Shown here: one piece after another, positions 17,082-26,435 of the stretch
Layout of the letters: each line of letters opens with the position of its first letter
How positions within the stretch are numbered: the stretch's first letter is position 1
Source of the DNA: a virus
Lineage: Duplodnaviria; Caudoviricetes
DNA: 32,505 bases
IMG/VR virus record: IMGVR_UViG_3300042393_000449
Coordinates: 1-32,505 of that record
Strand: one strand, 5' to 3'
Notes under the pieces: generated by a model
What the model saw: the letters and a program-made list of their open reading frames with translations, nothing else
Told to the model about the DNA's origin: nothing
Databases searched by the model: none
Program-made: the position numbers and the translations under genes

Positions 17082-17393
17082 ATGGCAATTTTTAAAGATA
17101 TTATTTTGGACGCCGAAGGCGACATTTCTATTTCGAACGGCGATATATTCTTCGGCGAATCGGATTCGCAGCACGTGGATCACATTCTTTTAACAGACTT
17201 AGGCCAATTTAGACAGTGGCCAATGTTGGGCGTTGGAATCGCGAAATTGATAAACGGATCAATTAATACTATTGAATTGGCGCAAAAAATACGTTTAAAT
17301 CTTGAAAGCGATAATTATAATGTCGTTTCTGTTTTAGTTGACGACGCGACAAAATTAGAAATTAACATCGACGCAAATCGAAAAAATATTTAA
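17082..17393 (+). CDS. Baseplate wedge protein (gp25/gpW-like)
   Basis: GD...GESDSQHV..IL...GQFRQWPMLGVGI; 103 aa. Confidence 0.68.
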   Translation: MAIFKDIILDAEGDISISNGDIFFGESDSQHVDHILLTDLGQFRQWPMLGVGIAKLINGSINTIELAQKIRLNLESDNYNVVSVLVDDATKLEINIDANRKNI

Positions 17394-17395
17394 TC

Positions 17396-17695
17396 ATGGA
17401 ATACACAATAAAAAGCGGCCAAGACATTTTCGACGTTTCGATTCAAAATTTTGGCGATATTGAAACGGGCCTTTTTGCAATTTTAAAAGATAATTCGATC
17501 GGTTTAAACGCCGTCGGATTAGATCGCGAATATATCGCGTCACGAACTTTGACTTTAAACAACGAAAACGCCGGAGTTATAAAAGTGAAAAACCTATTTA
17601 AAAACACTAATTTCGTTGTTAACAATGCCGACGAAACGTACAATTCGCTATCGTTGGGCGATTTCGGACTAGATTTTAACTTTGATTTTAATTAA
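17396..17695 (+). CDS. LysM-like / gpX-like baseplate protein
   Basis: YTIKSGQDIFDVSIQNFG N-terminus; C-terminal GDFGLDFNFDFN. Confidence 0.6.
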   Translation: MEYTIKSGQDIFDVSIQNFGDIETGLFAILKDNSIGLNAVGLDREYIASRTLTLNNENAGVIKVKNLFKNTNFVVNNADETYNSLSLGDFGLDFNFDFN

Positions 17696-17698
17696 TAT

Positions 17699-18526
17699 AT
17701 GAAAACACGATCGGAACTTAATTCGTTAATTACAACGGACATAAATACAAATTCAAACGGCGAAATAACGGCTGCAAAAGTTCGCAATATATTAAACGAA
17801 ACCGTCGATTCATACGTCCATAAAGACGATAAGGACGCGACCGGCGGCGTTCCTGGATTAACGCTTTTTAAGATCAATTTTAAAAACGTCGCGAATACTT
17901 TTACTTCGTTTTTTACCAATTCAAACACGGCGGCCCGAACATATACTTTTCAAAATAGAAACGGAACGATTGCCGACGATACGGACCTGGCTTTAAAAGC
18001 AAATTTAGCTTCGCCAACTTTCACCGGTACGGTTGTACTTCCTTCGACGACTTCGATCGATACAGTTTCAGCGACGGAAATCAGTTATTTGGATGGGGTT
18101 TCAAGTTCTATTCAAAATCAATTAAACGCAAAAGTTAATTTAAATACTTTAATAACGGCGGGAACGGGTTTACGTGTGACGTATGACGCAAAAGGATTGA
18201 TATTAAGTTCTGAAAATTGCAATGTTCAAACGGTCACAAGTAGCGCAACGGTAACGGCAATAAGCACGAACGACCTTGTCGAGATTACGGCACAAGCGGC
18301 GGGATTAACCTTAGCGAATCCAACGGGAACATTTTACAACGGTCAAATACTGAATTATAGGATTAAGGACAACGCAACGGCTCGAGCGATTACTTTTGGA
18401 AGTAAGTTCTTAGGGTTTGGAAGTGCTTTACCAACTACGACAACCATTAGTAAATGGCTTTTGATTTCATGCCAATACAATAGCGCAACGGATAAATTTG
18501 AAACTCTTAACTCTTTGGAGCAATGA
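17699..18526 (+). CDS. Tail fibre-like protein
   Basis: KANLASPTFTG, EISYLDGVSSSIQNQLNAK, VTYDAKGLI fibre motifs; Thr-rich. Confidence 0.68.
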   Translation: MKTRSELNSLITTDINTNSNGEITAAKVRNILNETVDSYVHKDDKDATGGVPGLTLFKINFKNVANTFTSFFTNSNTAARTYTFQNRNGTIADDTDLALKANLASPTFTGTVVLPSTTSIDTVSATEISYLDGVSSSIQNQLNAKVNLNTLITAGTGLRVTYDAKGLILSSENCNVQTVTSSATVTAISTNDLVEITAQAAGLTLANPTGTFYNGQILNYRIKDNATARAITFGSKFLGFGSALPTTTTISKWLLISCQYNSATDKFETLNSLEQ

Positions 18527-19227
18527 TGAGAAGGTCGTTTTTTAGAGCAATGATGAAACAAGCGGGGGGCGCAGCATATCCCGCTTCTTTAAAAAATTTC
18601 ATCGATCCTGGCAATCCTTCAAGTTATTCAGGTAGTGGAACGACAGTTGTAGATTTAACGGGTACTCAAAACGGTACACTTATCAACGGTGTTGGTTACT
18701 CCTCTGCAAATGGTGGTGTTTTTGTTTTTGATGGAATTAACGACTACATTGATTTTACCACTAATTCAGCAATTCAACCAAACGCAGCAAGGACAATCTC
18801 AACTTGGGTTTTTGTTGAATTAATAGGCGGTAACGCTATGATATATTGTGGGGGTGACATGGTTACTCAATTTAAAACAGTAAGTACTTTTCATGTGAAT
18901 TTTGCTAATTATTTGGCTTTGGGAAGTGATACAGCAACCCAATACCTTACTCCTGGTCCAATGGCAAAAGGAGCTTGGATAAACGTTACAGCTAGATTTA
19001 ACGGTACAACTATGCAATTATATTACAATGATGTTTTACAAGCCACAGCTGCACAAACTGTAATACCAACAACGTCTTCAACTATATCCGTAAAATTAGG
19101 AGCTTATAATGGAGTTGGATATTACTTACAAGGGAAAATTGGAGTACATAAGGTTTATGATGAATATAGGTCAACAACAGATATGACATCAGATTTCAAC
19201 GAATTTAAAGGAAGATATGGATACTAA
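18523..19227 (+). CDS. LamG/concanavalin-A-like jelly-roll protein (putative receptor-binding)
   Basis: D.GNPSSYSGSGTT..DL, FVFDGINDYIDF, TISTWV, LYYND, GKIG..KVY pattern. Confidence 0.78.
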   Translation: MMRRSFFRAMMKQAGGAAYPASLKNFIDPGNPSSYSGSGTTVVDLTGTQNGTLINGVGYSSANGGVFVFDGINDYIDFTTNSAIQPNAARTISTWVFVELIGGNAMIYCGGDMVTQFKTVSTFHVNFANYLALGSDTATQYLTPGPMAKGAWINVTARFNGTTMQLYYNDVLQATAAQTVIPTTSSTISVKLGAYNGVGYYLQGKIGVHKVYDEYRSTTDMTSDFNEFKGRYGY

Positions 19228-19453
19228 TATTTACAAAATAAGCAATTCTCAAAGGGACATTTTAGTTAATTCAGATAATGGAATAATTGTATTTAGACCA
19301 ATTCAAGACGTTAACGGTAGCTATTTAATTTCAGAAAAGGAATTTAACATAGTTAATAATTTAGAAGATTGTCCGAGTGATTTACTTTTTATTAAGTCGT
19401 TAACTTCATCTATTTACGAACCTAGCGCACCAACAATTAACTTAAAATTATGA
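19217..19453 (+). CDS. Hypothetical protein
   Basis: 78-aa ORF overlapping both neighbours. Confidence 0.6.
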   Translation: MDTNIYKISNSQRDILVNSDNGIIVFRPIQDVNGSYLISEKEFNIVNNLEDCPSDLLFIKSLTSSIYEPSAPTINLKL

Positions 19454-19755
19454 ACAACATTACAATTATAGCTATCCTAGTCGGTGTTGTAGGTTTCTTT
19501 TTACGTGACTTACACACAAGACTAAAACAAGCTGAAAACGATATTAAGAAAGCACACGACGGTCTAATAGAATTGAAAAGCGAAAATAAAGAAATGAGAA
19601 TTTCTCAAAACTCGGGATTTCTTCACATTGAACAACTATTTGACGAACGATTAAAACACTTTGAAATAAAAATCGACCACATGAGCGCTAATATAAAAAG
19701 CAGTCATGATTTATTTGCAATAATAATTAAACAACAACAACAACAAGAAAAATGA
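19450..19755 (+). CDS. Membrane-anchored coiled-coil protein (holin/lysis accessory candidate)
   Basis: N-terminal TM IIAILVGVVGFFL then helical region; ATGA overlaps. Confidence 0.5.
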   Translation: MNNITIIAILVGVVGFFLRDLHTRLKQAENDIKKAHDGLIELKSENKEMRISQNSGFLHIEQLFDERLKHFEIKIDHMSANIKSSHDLFAIIIKQQQQQEK

Positions 19756-20627
19756 GTAGAACGATTTCACAAATATACGACGCAATAATCGCGGAAAAGG
19801 AAACGTTTTCGTCTTTGGACACGTTGGTCCCAAACCCGGACACGGCGCAAACTTTTTTAACGAATTTAACATCGTCGTCAAAGGTTGCAATTTGGCGTCT
19901 TTGGGCGTGGGTTTTTTCCGTTGCTATTTGGTCGCATGAAAAGATCTTCGACGAACACGTCGCAGAAATTGAAGCCTTATCGCTTACGATTGTGGCGGGG
20001 ACAAAACCGTGGTATGTTAGACAATCGCTTTTATTCCAATACGGCGACGCCTTAATTTGGGATTCGTCACTTTTAAAATACGCTTACGCCGTTGGATCGA
20101 CGGGAATAAAAGTCGTTTTTCGCGCGTCGGTTATTGAAGTGGCTAATCAGTTACGAATTAAGATCGCGAAGGATTCCGGCGGCGGGGTTTTGGCGCCTTT
20201 GTCCGGTCCCGAAGAAACGGCCTTTACATCTTATATTAATACGATTAAATTCGCCGGGACAAACATATCGATTACAAATATAAACGCCGACACTTTAAAA
20301 TTGATTATTTTAATAAATTACGATCCTTTGGTTTTGACTTCGGACGGCGAAATAATTTTGACGCCAGGAACTTTTCCGGTCGAAGATGCGATAAACGATT
20401 ATATTAAAAATTTACCTTTCGACGGCACGTTCAACAAAAACAGACTTATCGACGCAATGCAAGCCGTCGAAGGTGTGATCGATCCGGAAGTCAACACGTG
20501 CGAAGCGCGAACGGGTGCGAATCCTTTTGTCGCTACGGGGCCGAATTACGTCGCGGATGCCGGTTATTTAGTGATCGATCCTTCATTTCCTTTAAACGCA
20601 AATATTACTTACAACGCTATAATTTAA
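19752..20627 (+). CDS. Baseplate J-like protein
   Basis: SSKVAIWRLW, GT..WY, YIKNLPFDG, LIDAMQAVEGV; followed by I-like and fibre genes. Confidence 0.75.
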   Translation: MSRTISQIYDAIIAEKETFSSLDTLVPNPDTAQTFLTNLTSSSKVAIWRLWAWVFSVAIWSHEKIFDEHVAEIEALSLTIVAGTKPWYVRQSLLFQYGDALIWDSSLLKYAYAVGSTGIKVVFRASVIEVANQLRIKIAKDSGGGVLAPLSGPEETAFTSYINTIKFAGTNISITNINADTLKLIILINYDPLVLTSDGEIILTPGTFPVEDAINDYIKNLPFDGTFNKNRLIDAMQAVEGVIDPEVNTCEARTGANPFVATGPNYVADAGYLVIDPSFPLNANITYNAII

Positions 20628-20631
20628 GATC

Positions 20632-21144
20632 ATGGATTTTCAAATAAATTATAAAGGGTTTATTCGTGGTTTGCTTCCGTGGTTTGCGCGCAAAGTAAAA
20701 CAAATAGACTACATAAACGCGATTATTAAGCCGTTTCAAGACGTGAACGATAGTCTGTTTGATTATCGTAATAAAATGGCGTTTAAATTGGCTTTTTCGG
20801 CGCAAATAATTTATTTAGAAAAATATTTAAATATTGTTTATTCGAACCCAACTTCCGGGATTTACATCGAAGACGGCGCAAATATTGTTTATACTTATGT
20901 TTGGAATTTTGCGGAATTACAATCGCCGTTATATTTAAAGAATTTTTCGGAAGGCGGATCGCCGGTTTATTTCGAAAATATGTCGGAACTTATAAACGGC
21001 CAATATTCATACATTATAAACGTGCCAACGTATTGTTTGACGGCCAACGATAATGAAGGCGTTTTATTCAATGAAAACATATTTAAAAAGCGCGTCAATT
21101 TTTACAACAACGCCGGGAAATCTTATAATATTGTTTACTTTTAA
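20632..21144 (+). CDS. Baseplate wedge protein (gpI-like)
   Basis: LLP.F.R, QIIYLEKYLN, YNNAGKSYNI; between J-like and fibre genes. Confidence 0.65.
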   Translation: MDFQINYKGFIRGLLPWFARKVKQIDYINAIIKPFQDVNDSLFDYRNKMAFKLAFSAQIIYLEKYLNIVYSNPTSGIYIEDGANIVYTYVWNFAELQSPLYLKNFSEGGSPVYFENMSELINGQYSYIINVPTYCLTANDNEGVLFNENIFKKRVNFYNNAGKSYNIVYF

Positions 21145-21156
21145 CAAAAAAAATAT

Positions 21157-22233
21157 ATGAATAAATTAATCAATACAGATTCGGGCGGGTATCCTTTCGT
21201 CCTTGACGATCTTCGATTCGTTGACGATTCGGTCCGTGAAGCGCTAAAAGGCGGACTTTCGTTTTTAGGCGACGGCTTCGTTTTGTCGGCAAATTATAAC
21301 GATATTACGGCGGCGACGTCGTGGAGTTTTCCGGAAACATTCGCAATATTAGACGGCGAAATTTTAAGGATTCCGGCGTTTACGGCTAACAGTTCGCCGG
21401 CAATTGGTAAATGGTATAAATTGGAATTAGATTCGACAAATTCCGGAACAACGCCAGGACTTAAAACTTTTCAAGACGCTTCGGTCCATGAAACGTACAA
21501 TTTAAGAAAAGGAAAATTAACGCTTCAAACAACGCCTTTAGTTGGTGGCGAAATTGTTATTTTAATCGGTAATACGGCGAAGTGGGAATATTACGACGTC
21601 AACACACACAAAAAGCGATTAGCCGACAATATCGGATTGACAACGACAACAACGACGGCCAACGCCGCGCAAAGTGACGCGACGGACGCTTTAAACGAAT
21701 TAATCGGAATAAAAGAAGCTTGGTCGGTGCAAAACGCCGGCGATCTAGTCGGGAATGTATTAAGAAATTCAGCTTACGACGGTTCGGCTTCCGGCAACGC
21801 TTCAATGACTTTTGATTCAGCTTCTTCATATTTTAGAATGAAAGTAATCGGAAAAACTGTCATCATTCAATACAATATCGTTGATATTCAAGTCGTAGCA
21901 TGGAACACGGCGCAAGTTAATTCTATTACTTTGGATCTAATCGCGGCGGATATTTTACAGTCACCAACAACGATAAAACCTTTTAACGCAATAGGGCGTG
22001 CTTCGTCGACCGTTCAAGGGATACCGGCGGCACACTTAAAAATTTCGAATCATTCGACTAAGCCAGGCGCTTTATTATTCAATTTAGTTGATCCAAACTA
22101 TTCGCTTCAAAAATTAAATTTTAACAGAAAAGTGACTTTCGACGTTTCAACGTTGGAGTTAACTAATACGGGCGATTTAGCATTCACAAACAATATAACA
22201 TTTACCGGAACATTAATAATAGAATTATCATGA
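21157..22233 (+). CDS. Tail fibre protein
   Basis: GGYPF..DDL.F baseplate-proximal N-terminus, short coiled segment, beta-rich C-terminus; last tail gene. Confidence 0.7.
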   Translation: MNKLINTDSGGYPFVLDDLRFVDDSVREALKGGLSFLGDGFVLSANYNDITAATSWSFPETFAILDGEILRIPAFTANSSPAIGKWYKLELDSTNSGTTPGLKTFQDASVHETYNLRKGKLTLQTTPLVGGEIVILIGNTAKWEYYDVNTHKKRLADNIGLTTTTTTANAAQSDATDALNELIGIKEAWSVQNAGDLVGNVLRNSAYDGSASGNASMTFDSASSYFRMKVIGKTVIIQYNIVDIQVVAWNTAQVNSITLDLIAADILQSPTTIKPFNAIGRASSTVQGIPAAHLKISNHSTKPGALLFNLVDPNYSLQKLNFNRKVTFDVSTLELTNTGDLAFTNNITFTGTLIIELS

Positions 22234-22439
22234 ATTTAATCGAAAAAGTAAAGGCGAAAACATCGCCAAAAAATCAATTGAAAGGACGTTTAGCAACTTT
22301 GGCAGCAGCGACGTTGACTTATGTCGCTACGGAAGCCGACGACGTTAAAATTAAACTAATCGCCGGAGCGTTGGCGGCGGGGTTCGCTGCGATCGCTCGT
22401 AAACGCGCTTTAAAAATTGGAACAGATGAAAACAAGTAA
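22230..22439 (+). CDS. Putative holin
   Basis: 69 aa, two Ala-rich hydrophobic segments, overlaps the lysozyme start. Confidence 0.5.
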   Translation: MNLIEKVKAKTSPKNQLKGRLATLAAATLTYVATEADDVKIKLIAGALAAGFAAIARKRALKIGTDENK

Positions 22440-22863
22440 CGAAGGAATAAAATTAATTAAGCGCTTCGAAGGATGCAAATTGAAGGCGTATAAATGCGCG
22501 GCCGGAGTTACAACGATCGGATATGGGAATACTTTTTACGAAAACGGAAATAAAGTATTAATCCAGGACGTAATTAGCCAGGAGCGCGCCGAAGAACTTT
22601 TACTTTCGTTATTGCCAAAATACGAAGCGACGGTAAAAAGAAATATTAAAATAGAATTGAATCAAAATCAATTTGACGCGCTTGTTTCGTTTTGTTGGAA
22701 TTGCGGATCGTCTTCGACTTTATTTAGGTTGGTGAACATGAAGGCAACCGACGAAGTGGTTTCGACATGGTGGAAAAGTCACTACATTAAAGGCGGCGGA
22801 AAAGTTTTAAACGGCCTAGTAAAAAGGCGCGCTATTGAAGCGGATTTATTTATCAAAAAATAA
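22426..22863 (+). CDS. Endolysin, GH24 lysozyme
   Basis: IKRFEG..LKAYKCAAGVTTIGYG, NQNQFDALVSF..N.G, GLVKRR..E; ATG 22426 preferred over TTG 22417. Confidence 0.93.
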   Translation: MKTSNEGIKLIKRFEGCKLKAYKCAAGVTTIGYGNTFYENGNKVLIQDVISQERAEELLLSLLPKYEATVKRNIKIELNQNQFDALVSFCWNCGSSSTLFRLVNMKATDEVVSTWWKSHYIKGGGKVLNGLVKRRAIEADLFIKK

Positions 22864-22895
22864 TCAAAGGTTTGTTTTGTTTCCTTTGATAAAAG

Positions 22896-22927
22896 AAAAG
22901 GCCCGCGTTAATTTGCGGGCCTTTTTT
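22896..22927. terminator. Bidirectional intrinsic terminator between convergent operons
   Basis: AAAAGGCCCGCG-TTAATT-TGCGGGCCTTTT; preceded by a second hairpin ATCAAAGG...CCTTTGAT (22863-22890). Confidence 0.85.
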
Positions 22928-23288
22928 ACAATCTAAATGTACATTTTATTGTTTCGACGGATTGCGATTTTATCGCCGTGCCGTTCTTTTGCGCTTCGGC
23001 TTCGAACTTTTTAACGCGATCAGTTAACAGAACGTGATCCGATAAGTGTTTATATTCCCAACGTCCGCCGGCGTTCATTATTTCCATTTTTACGCCGTTT
23101 AATTCTGTTTGTTGTGATCCGTAGTGCGATTGTTCTTCGATCGTTTGATTTTTGATCGATGCCAATGCGACATTTATAAGCGTTTCAATTTTCTTTAATT
23201 CAGCATACACGGGGCGCGCTTCGATTTCGCCTTCATGAACCGAAGCGACGTAAACGTCAACTTCGGCCTTTAATTGATCAAACAACAT
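22926..23288 (-). CDS. Hypothetical protein
   Basis: 120 aa, starts just after the SSB-like gene stop. Confidence 0.7.
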   Translation of the reverse strand: MLFDQLKAEVDVYVASVHEGEIEARPVYAELKKIETLINVALASIKNQTIEEQSHYGSQQTELNGVKMEIMNAGGRWEYKHLSDHVLLTDRVKKFEAEAQKNGTAIKSQSVETIKCTFRL

Positions 23289-23289
23289 A

Positions 23290-23961
23290 TTAAAAAGGTA
23301 ATTTTTTACCTGGTACCGCTTCGACTGTTTCGTCTTCGGCTACGGCGTCGACTTCGTCTTCCGGTATTGCTTCGATCGTTTCGCCTTCGATTGGGAATCT
23401 AAAACTTTGCGACAAATATTCCGGCGTCAATTCCATTTTTTCACGAATATAGGCCGGGACATGTCCGAACGTTTCCGTTAAATTTTGATAATTAACTTCT
23501 ATTTGTTCACGAATCGGAGCGGGCGCCGGCATGCCTTTAGGAAGCGACAAGGCCGAAACGATGTAATTAAATTCTTTTCCTTTTTTACTTACTTTCGAAC
23601 CTATCGAAATAAAACAAGGAACGCCTATTAATTTTGACACGTCGAAGGCTGCCGCTTCTTCGGCCGTGAATGGTTTTCCGCGCCACGAATTAAGGAACGG
23701 AAGTAGTTTCGATTTCGCGCCCAAAGATAAGGTAAATTCCTGGTTAAGGATTCGCGGTTCTTCTTCGCTATCTTCTTTAAATTTGTACATTTCCGTTGGA
23801 AATTCAAAGAATAAAATTACTTTGTTCGCCTTCGTTGGTTTTCCTTCGAATTCGTCCGATACGGTCCCGACGTGGATCATTTTAAAACATGTTGCCGGAT
23901 ACGATCCCGTTTCGATTAACGGGATGTTTGATGTTGCTTCACTTGTTGCGATAATTGCCAT
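23290..23961 (-). CDS. Putative phage single-stranded DNA-binding protein
   Basis: G.YPATC...HVGT, EFTLSL..KSKL..FLNSWRGK.F, acidic tail ending LPF. Confidence 0.6.
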   Translation of the reverse strand: MAIIATSEATSNIPLIETGSYPATCFKMIHVGTVSDEFEGKPTKANKVILFFEFPTEMYKFKEDSEEEPRILNQEFTLSLGAKSKLLPFLNSWRGKPFTAEEAAAFDVSKLIGVPCFISIGSKVSKKGKEFNYIVSALSLPKGMPAPAPIREQIEVNYQNLTETFGHVPAYIREKMELTPEYLSQSFRFPIEGETIEAIPEDEVDAVAEDETVEAVPGKKLPF

Positions 23962-23965
23962 AACT

Positions 23966-24247
23966 CTATTTATTTATTTGATTTAACTTACTTTCTAATA
24001 ACTCTAATTTTGTCGTAATTTCGCGATCAACGCAACGCAACGACAATACGTTTCTAATTTTAAGTTTTAAAATTTCCGAATTATAATCCGGATAAACTTT
24101 AACGAAAAGCGGAACGATTCCGGACGGCATTTTCGATTTAACGGCGATAATTCGGCTTTTTAAGGCGTCATTATCGGAACGGGCCGAATTGGTTAACGAT
24201 TCCAAAAAATTGTGGTGTTCGTCGTAAATTTGTTTTGTTTTACTCAT
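23966..24247 (-). CDS. Hypothetical protein
   Basis: 93 aa, ATGA-coupled within the leftward operon. Confidence 0.65.
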   Translation of the reverse strand: MSKTKQIYDEHHNFLESLTNSARSDNDALKSRIIAVKSKMPSGIVPLFVKVYPDYNSEILKLKIRNVLSLRCVDREITTKLELLESKLNQINK

Positions 24248-24411
24248 CTTTCATTTATTTGATTAAAAATTATTAAACTTGCTTTATTTGATATGTACCG
24301 ACTTACTGTAAAATGATTTTTTATCCATGTACTAATTTCGTAAGCCGTCCAATTTTTCCAATGATCGACGCCGATGCCTGTCATTGTTTCGGTTATTATT
24401 TTTAGCTTCAT
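24244..24411 (-). CDS. Hypothetical protein (MKLKIITETMTGIGVDHWKNW...)
   Basis: ATG at 24411 lies just downstream of a promoter; the track TTG 24429 falls inside the -7 box. Confidence 0.6.
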   Translation of the reverse strand: MKLKIITETMTGIGVDHWKNWTAYEISTWIKNHFTVSRYISNKASLIIFNQINER

Positions 24412-24426
24412 TTCGTTTTGTTTTGA

Positions 24427-24457
24427 CAAAGATACTACATTTATTTAGATACGCAAA
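24427..24457 (-). promoter_or_regulatory. Bacteroidota-type promoter within a 47-bp repeat (24416-24462)
   Basis: Minus strand TTTG-N19-TATCTTTG; 45/47 identical to 32223-32269. Confidence 0.78.
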
Positions 24458-24881
24458 CTTTTGTATCATTTATTTTAAATAATTTTTTTTCCATTCCCTT
24501 AAAATCGCCGTCGATCCAACGATCCAGGGGCGAAATTAATTTTTTACTTTTAATTATTTTTAGGTTTTTTTCGTCAATTAAGATCAATTTAGATAATTCA
24601 TTTAAAGGAAGTTCCAAAACGTCGACAACGTAATGAATAAAAAATTTCTTTTTATATCTAAATTGGGCCGTCGTATTGTAGTTTATTAATTTATGTCGTA
24701 CTATAATAAACGACAGATCTATTTTTAACAATTCGTAAGGATCAAACGTTTTAATATAATATAGATCGTCCGGCGATTCGTAGTCTTCGTAATCTTGTAC
24801 CGGAATAATGAAACGCGAATGATCGCAGTTAAAATGATGCGCTTCTTCTTTGCAGCCTACTAAACAATTTTCTGTTATCAT
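24441..24881 (-). CDS. Hypothetical protein with N-terminal Cys/His cluster
   Basis: 146 aa; CLVGC...HHFNC. Confidence 0.6.
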   Translation of the reverse strand: MITENCLVGCKEEAHHFNCDHSRFIIPVQDYEDYESPDDLYYIKTFDPYELLKIDLSFIIVRHKLINYNTTAQFRYKKKFFIHYVVDVLELPLNELSKLILIDEKNLKIIKSKKLISPLDRWIDGDFKGMEKKLFKINDTKVCVSK

Positions 24882-24886
24882 GTTTT

Positions 24887-25048
24887 TTATTTATTAATGT
24901 TTATTCCTTTTTGAACGACTAAAATATCTTTTATAACTTGTAAAGTATCTTTGATTAATTCGTGGAATTGATCTTCTTTATTAATTTCTAAAGTATAACC
25001 GTGATTCTTTATTAATTCGCGTTTAATTTTGTTTACTGTTATTTTCAT
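24887..25048 (-). CDS. Hypothetical protein, 53 aa (MKITVNKIKRELIKNHGY...)
   Basis: Open frame filling the gap below the leftward promoter; below the track cutoff. Confidence 0.6.
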   Translation of the reverse strand: MKITVNKIKRELIKNHGYTLEINKEDQFHELIKDTLQVIKDILVVQKGININK

Positions 25049-25067
25049 ATCTTTTATTTATTTTCGA

Positions 25068-25116
25068 CAAATATAATACAAATATTTGTGTATTCAATAA
25101 AATGTTTGTATATTTG
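25068..25116. promoter_or_regulatory. Overlapping divergent promoters
   Basis: Rightward TTTG 25085-25088, N20, TATATTTG 25109-25116; leftward TATATTTG on minus at 25068-25075 with TTG 19 nt upstream. Confidence 0.75.
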
Positions 25117-25132
25117 TAAAAAACTTTAAAAT

Positions 25133-26170
25133 ATGGAAGGAAAAAATTTAGCCGTTTTAATAAAAGAATCCGGCATTACAGAAACAAAGACCAACGTTAT
25201 AGCGGAATCGCTACAAATGTTTTTCGACGAAGCGCAAACCTGGCAAAACAAAGTCGATTCGATTATCGTTACAGATGTAAGCCAAAAACTCGAAATGAAG
25301 AACGCCCGCGAACATCGTTTAGAAGTTCGATCAAAACGTTTAAAAGCCGAAGAAATTATAAAGGCGAAAAGGCTCGAAATCAAAAACAGATTAGCCGACG
25401 AAGTTTTAATCGATAAATTGTGGATGAACGCCGGCGCTATGGTTTCGGCGACGTTGAAAAATATCGAGGGCAAATTCGAAGAAAAAGAAAAATTCGCCGA
25501 TCGTTGGAACGCGCAACAAGCCGAAAAAATGAAGGCCGAACGATTGGACCAATTGTCTATGGTAGTCGAAACGCCGTCAATTTATCCGGTCGAAAACATG
25601 ACACAAGAAGAGTTCGATAAGTTATACTACGAATTAGAAACGGCAATGAACGCGCGTCACGCTGCCGAACAAAAACAAAATGAAATTAACTTGGAAAATT
25701 TACGACGTCAACAAAATCTAATCGTTGCCGGGTTTTTCTTCGACGGCCTTACTTTTACATACGGTGACACTCAATTCACTTTGGAATATGTAAAAGGCGC
25801 GGAAAAGGCAAAATTTGACGCTTATGTCGATGAAATTTCAAAGGAAATAAAGGAAGCAAAGAAGAAGGCAGTCGAAGCGTTAGAAAGTTCTGAATCGGAA
25901 CGTCGCAAATTAGTAAAAAAAGCACAAGAAGACGAAAGACTAATTAACGAAGCGCGTCAAATATTAGCAAAAAATAAAATCGAAGAACAAAAGATCCAGG
26001 CGCAAAAAAACACAGACGCAAAAATGACGCCGGAAGCAAAATTTCGCGGTTGGATCATTGCTTGCGAATTAGGCGAAGCGCCGTTCGAAAATAACGCAAC
26101 GATTGACATTCGCGAAAAGTTCGAAGGTTTTAAAAAGTGGGCGTTTAATAGATTGAGTCAAGATGTATAA
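25133..26170 (+). CDS. Hypothetical coiled-coil protein
   Basis: 345 aa, E/K/A-rich helical; first gene of the rightward operon. Confidence 0.75.
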   Translation: MEGKNLAVLIKESGITETKTNVIAESLQMFFDEAQTWQNKVDSIIVTDVSQKLEMKNAREHRLEVRSKRLKAEEIIKAKRLEIKNRLADEVLIDKLWMNAGAMVSATLKNIEGKFEEKEKFADRWNAQQAEKMKAERLDQLSMVVETPSIYPVENMTQEEFDKLYYELETAMNARHAAEQKQNEINLENLRRQQNLIVAGFFFDGLTFTYGDTQFTLEYVKGAEKAKFDAYVDEISKEIKEAKKKAVEALESSESERRKLVKKAQEDERLINEARQILAKNKIEEQKIQAQKNTDAKMTPEAKFRGWIIACELGEAPFENNATIDIREKFEGFKKWAFNRLSQDV

Positions 26171-26435
26171 AGTAAACGACATTTTAATAATAACAATAAA
26201 AGCGCGTTCGGAATATGTAACCGGGCGCGTTTATAAGATTGTCGACAATTGCCGTTTTGGCGATACGTTATATTTTTTACGGCCAATTAATGGCTATTTT
26301 ATCGGTCAAATAATAATATCGAATCTTTATCCGTATTCTGCGAATTATACTTTTAAAGACCTAGATATCGAAGTTTACGGCGCGCCAATTGAAGAAATTA
26401 AAAAAGTAGAAAACAAACAAATCAAATTATTATGA
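26163..26435 (+). CDS. Hypothetical protein
   Basis: 90 aa, overlaps neighbours. Confidence 0.6.
   Translation: MYKVNDILIITIKARSEYVTGRVYKIVDNCRFGDTLYFLRPINGYFIGQIIISNLYPYSANYTFKDLDIEVYGAPIEEIKKVENKQIKLL

Noticed and set aside
17699-22233. Diversity-generating retroelement or invertible fibre cassette
   Set aside because: No reverse transcriptase or invertase ORF, and no template/variable repeat pair or flanking inverted repeats seen by eye
22230-22930. Spanin genes next to the lysozyme
   Set aside because: No lipoprotein or nested Rz/Rz1-like ORF found; the 19450 protein is only a weak candidate
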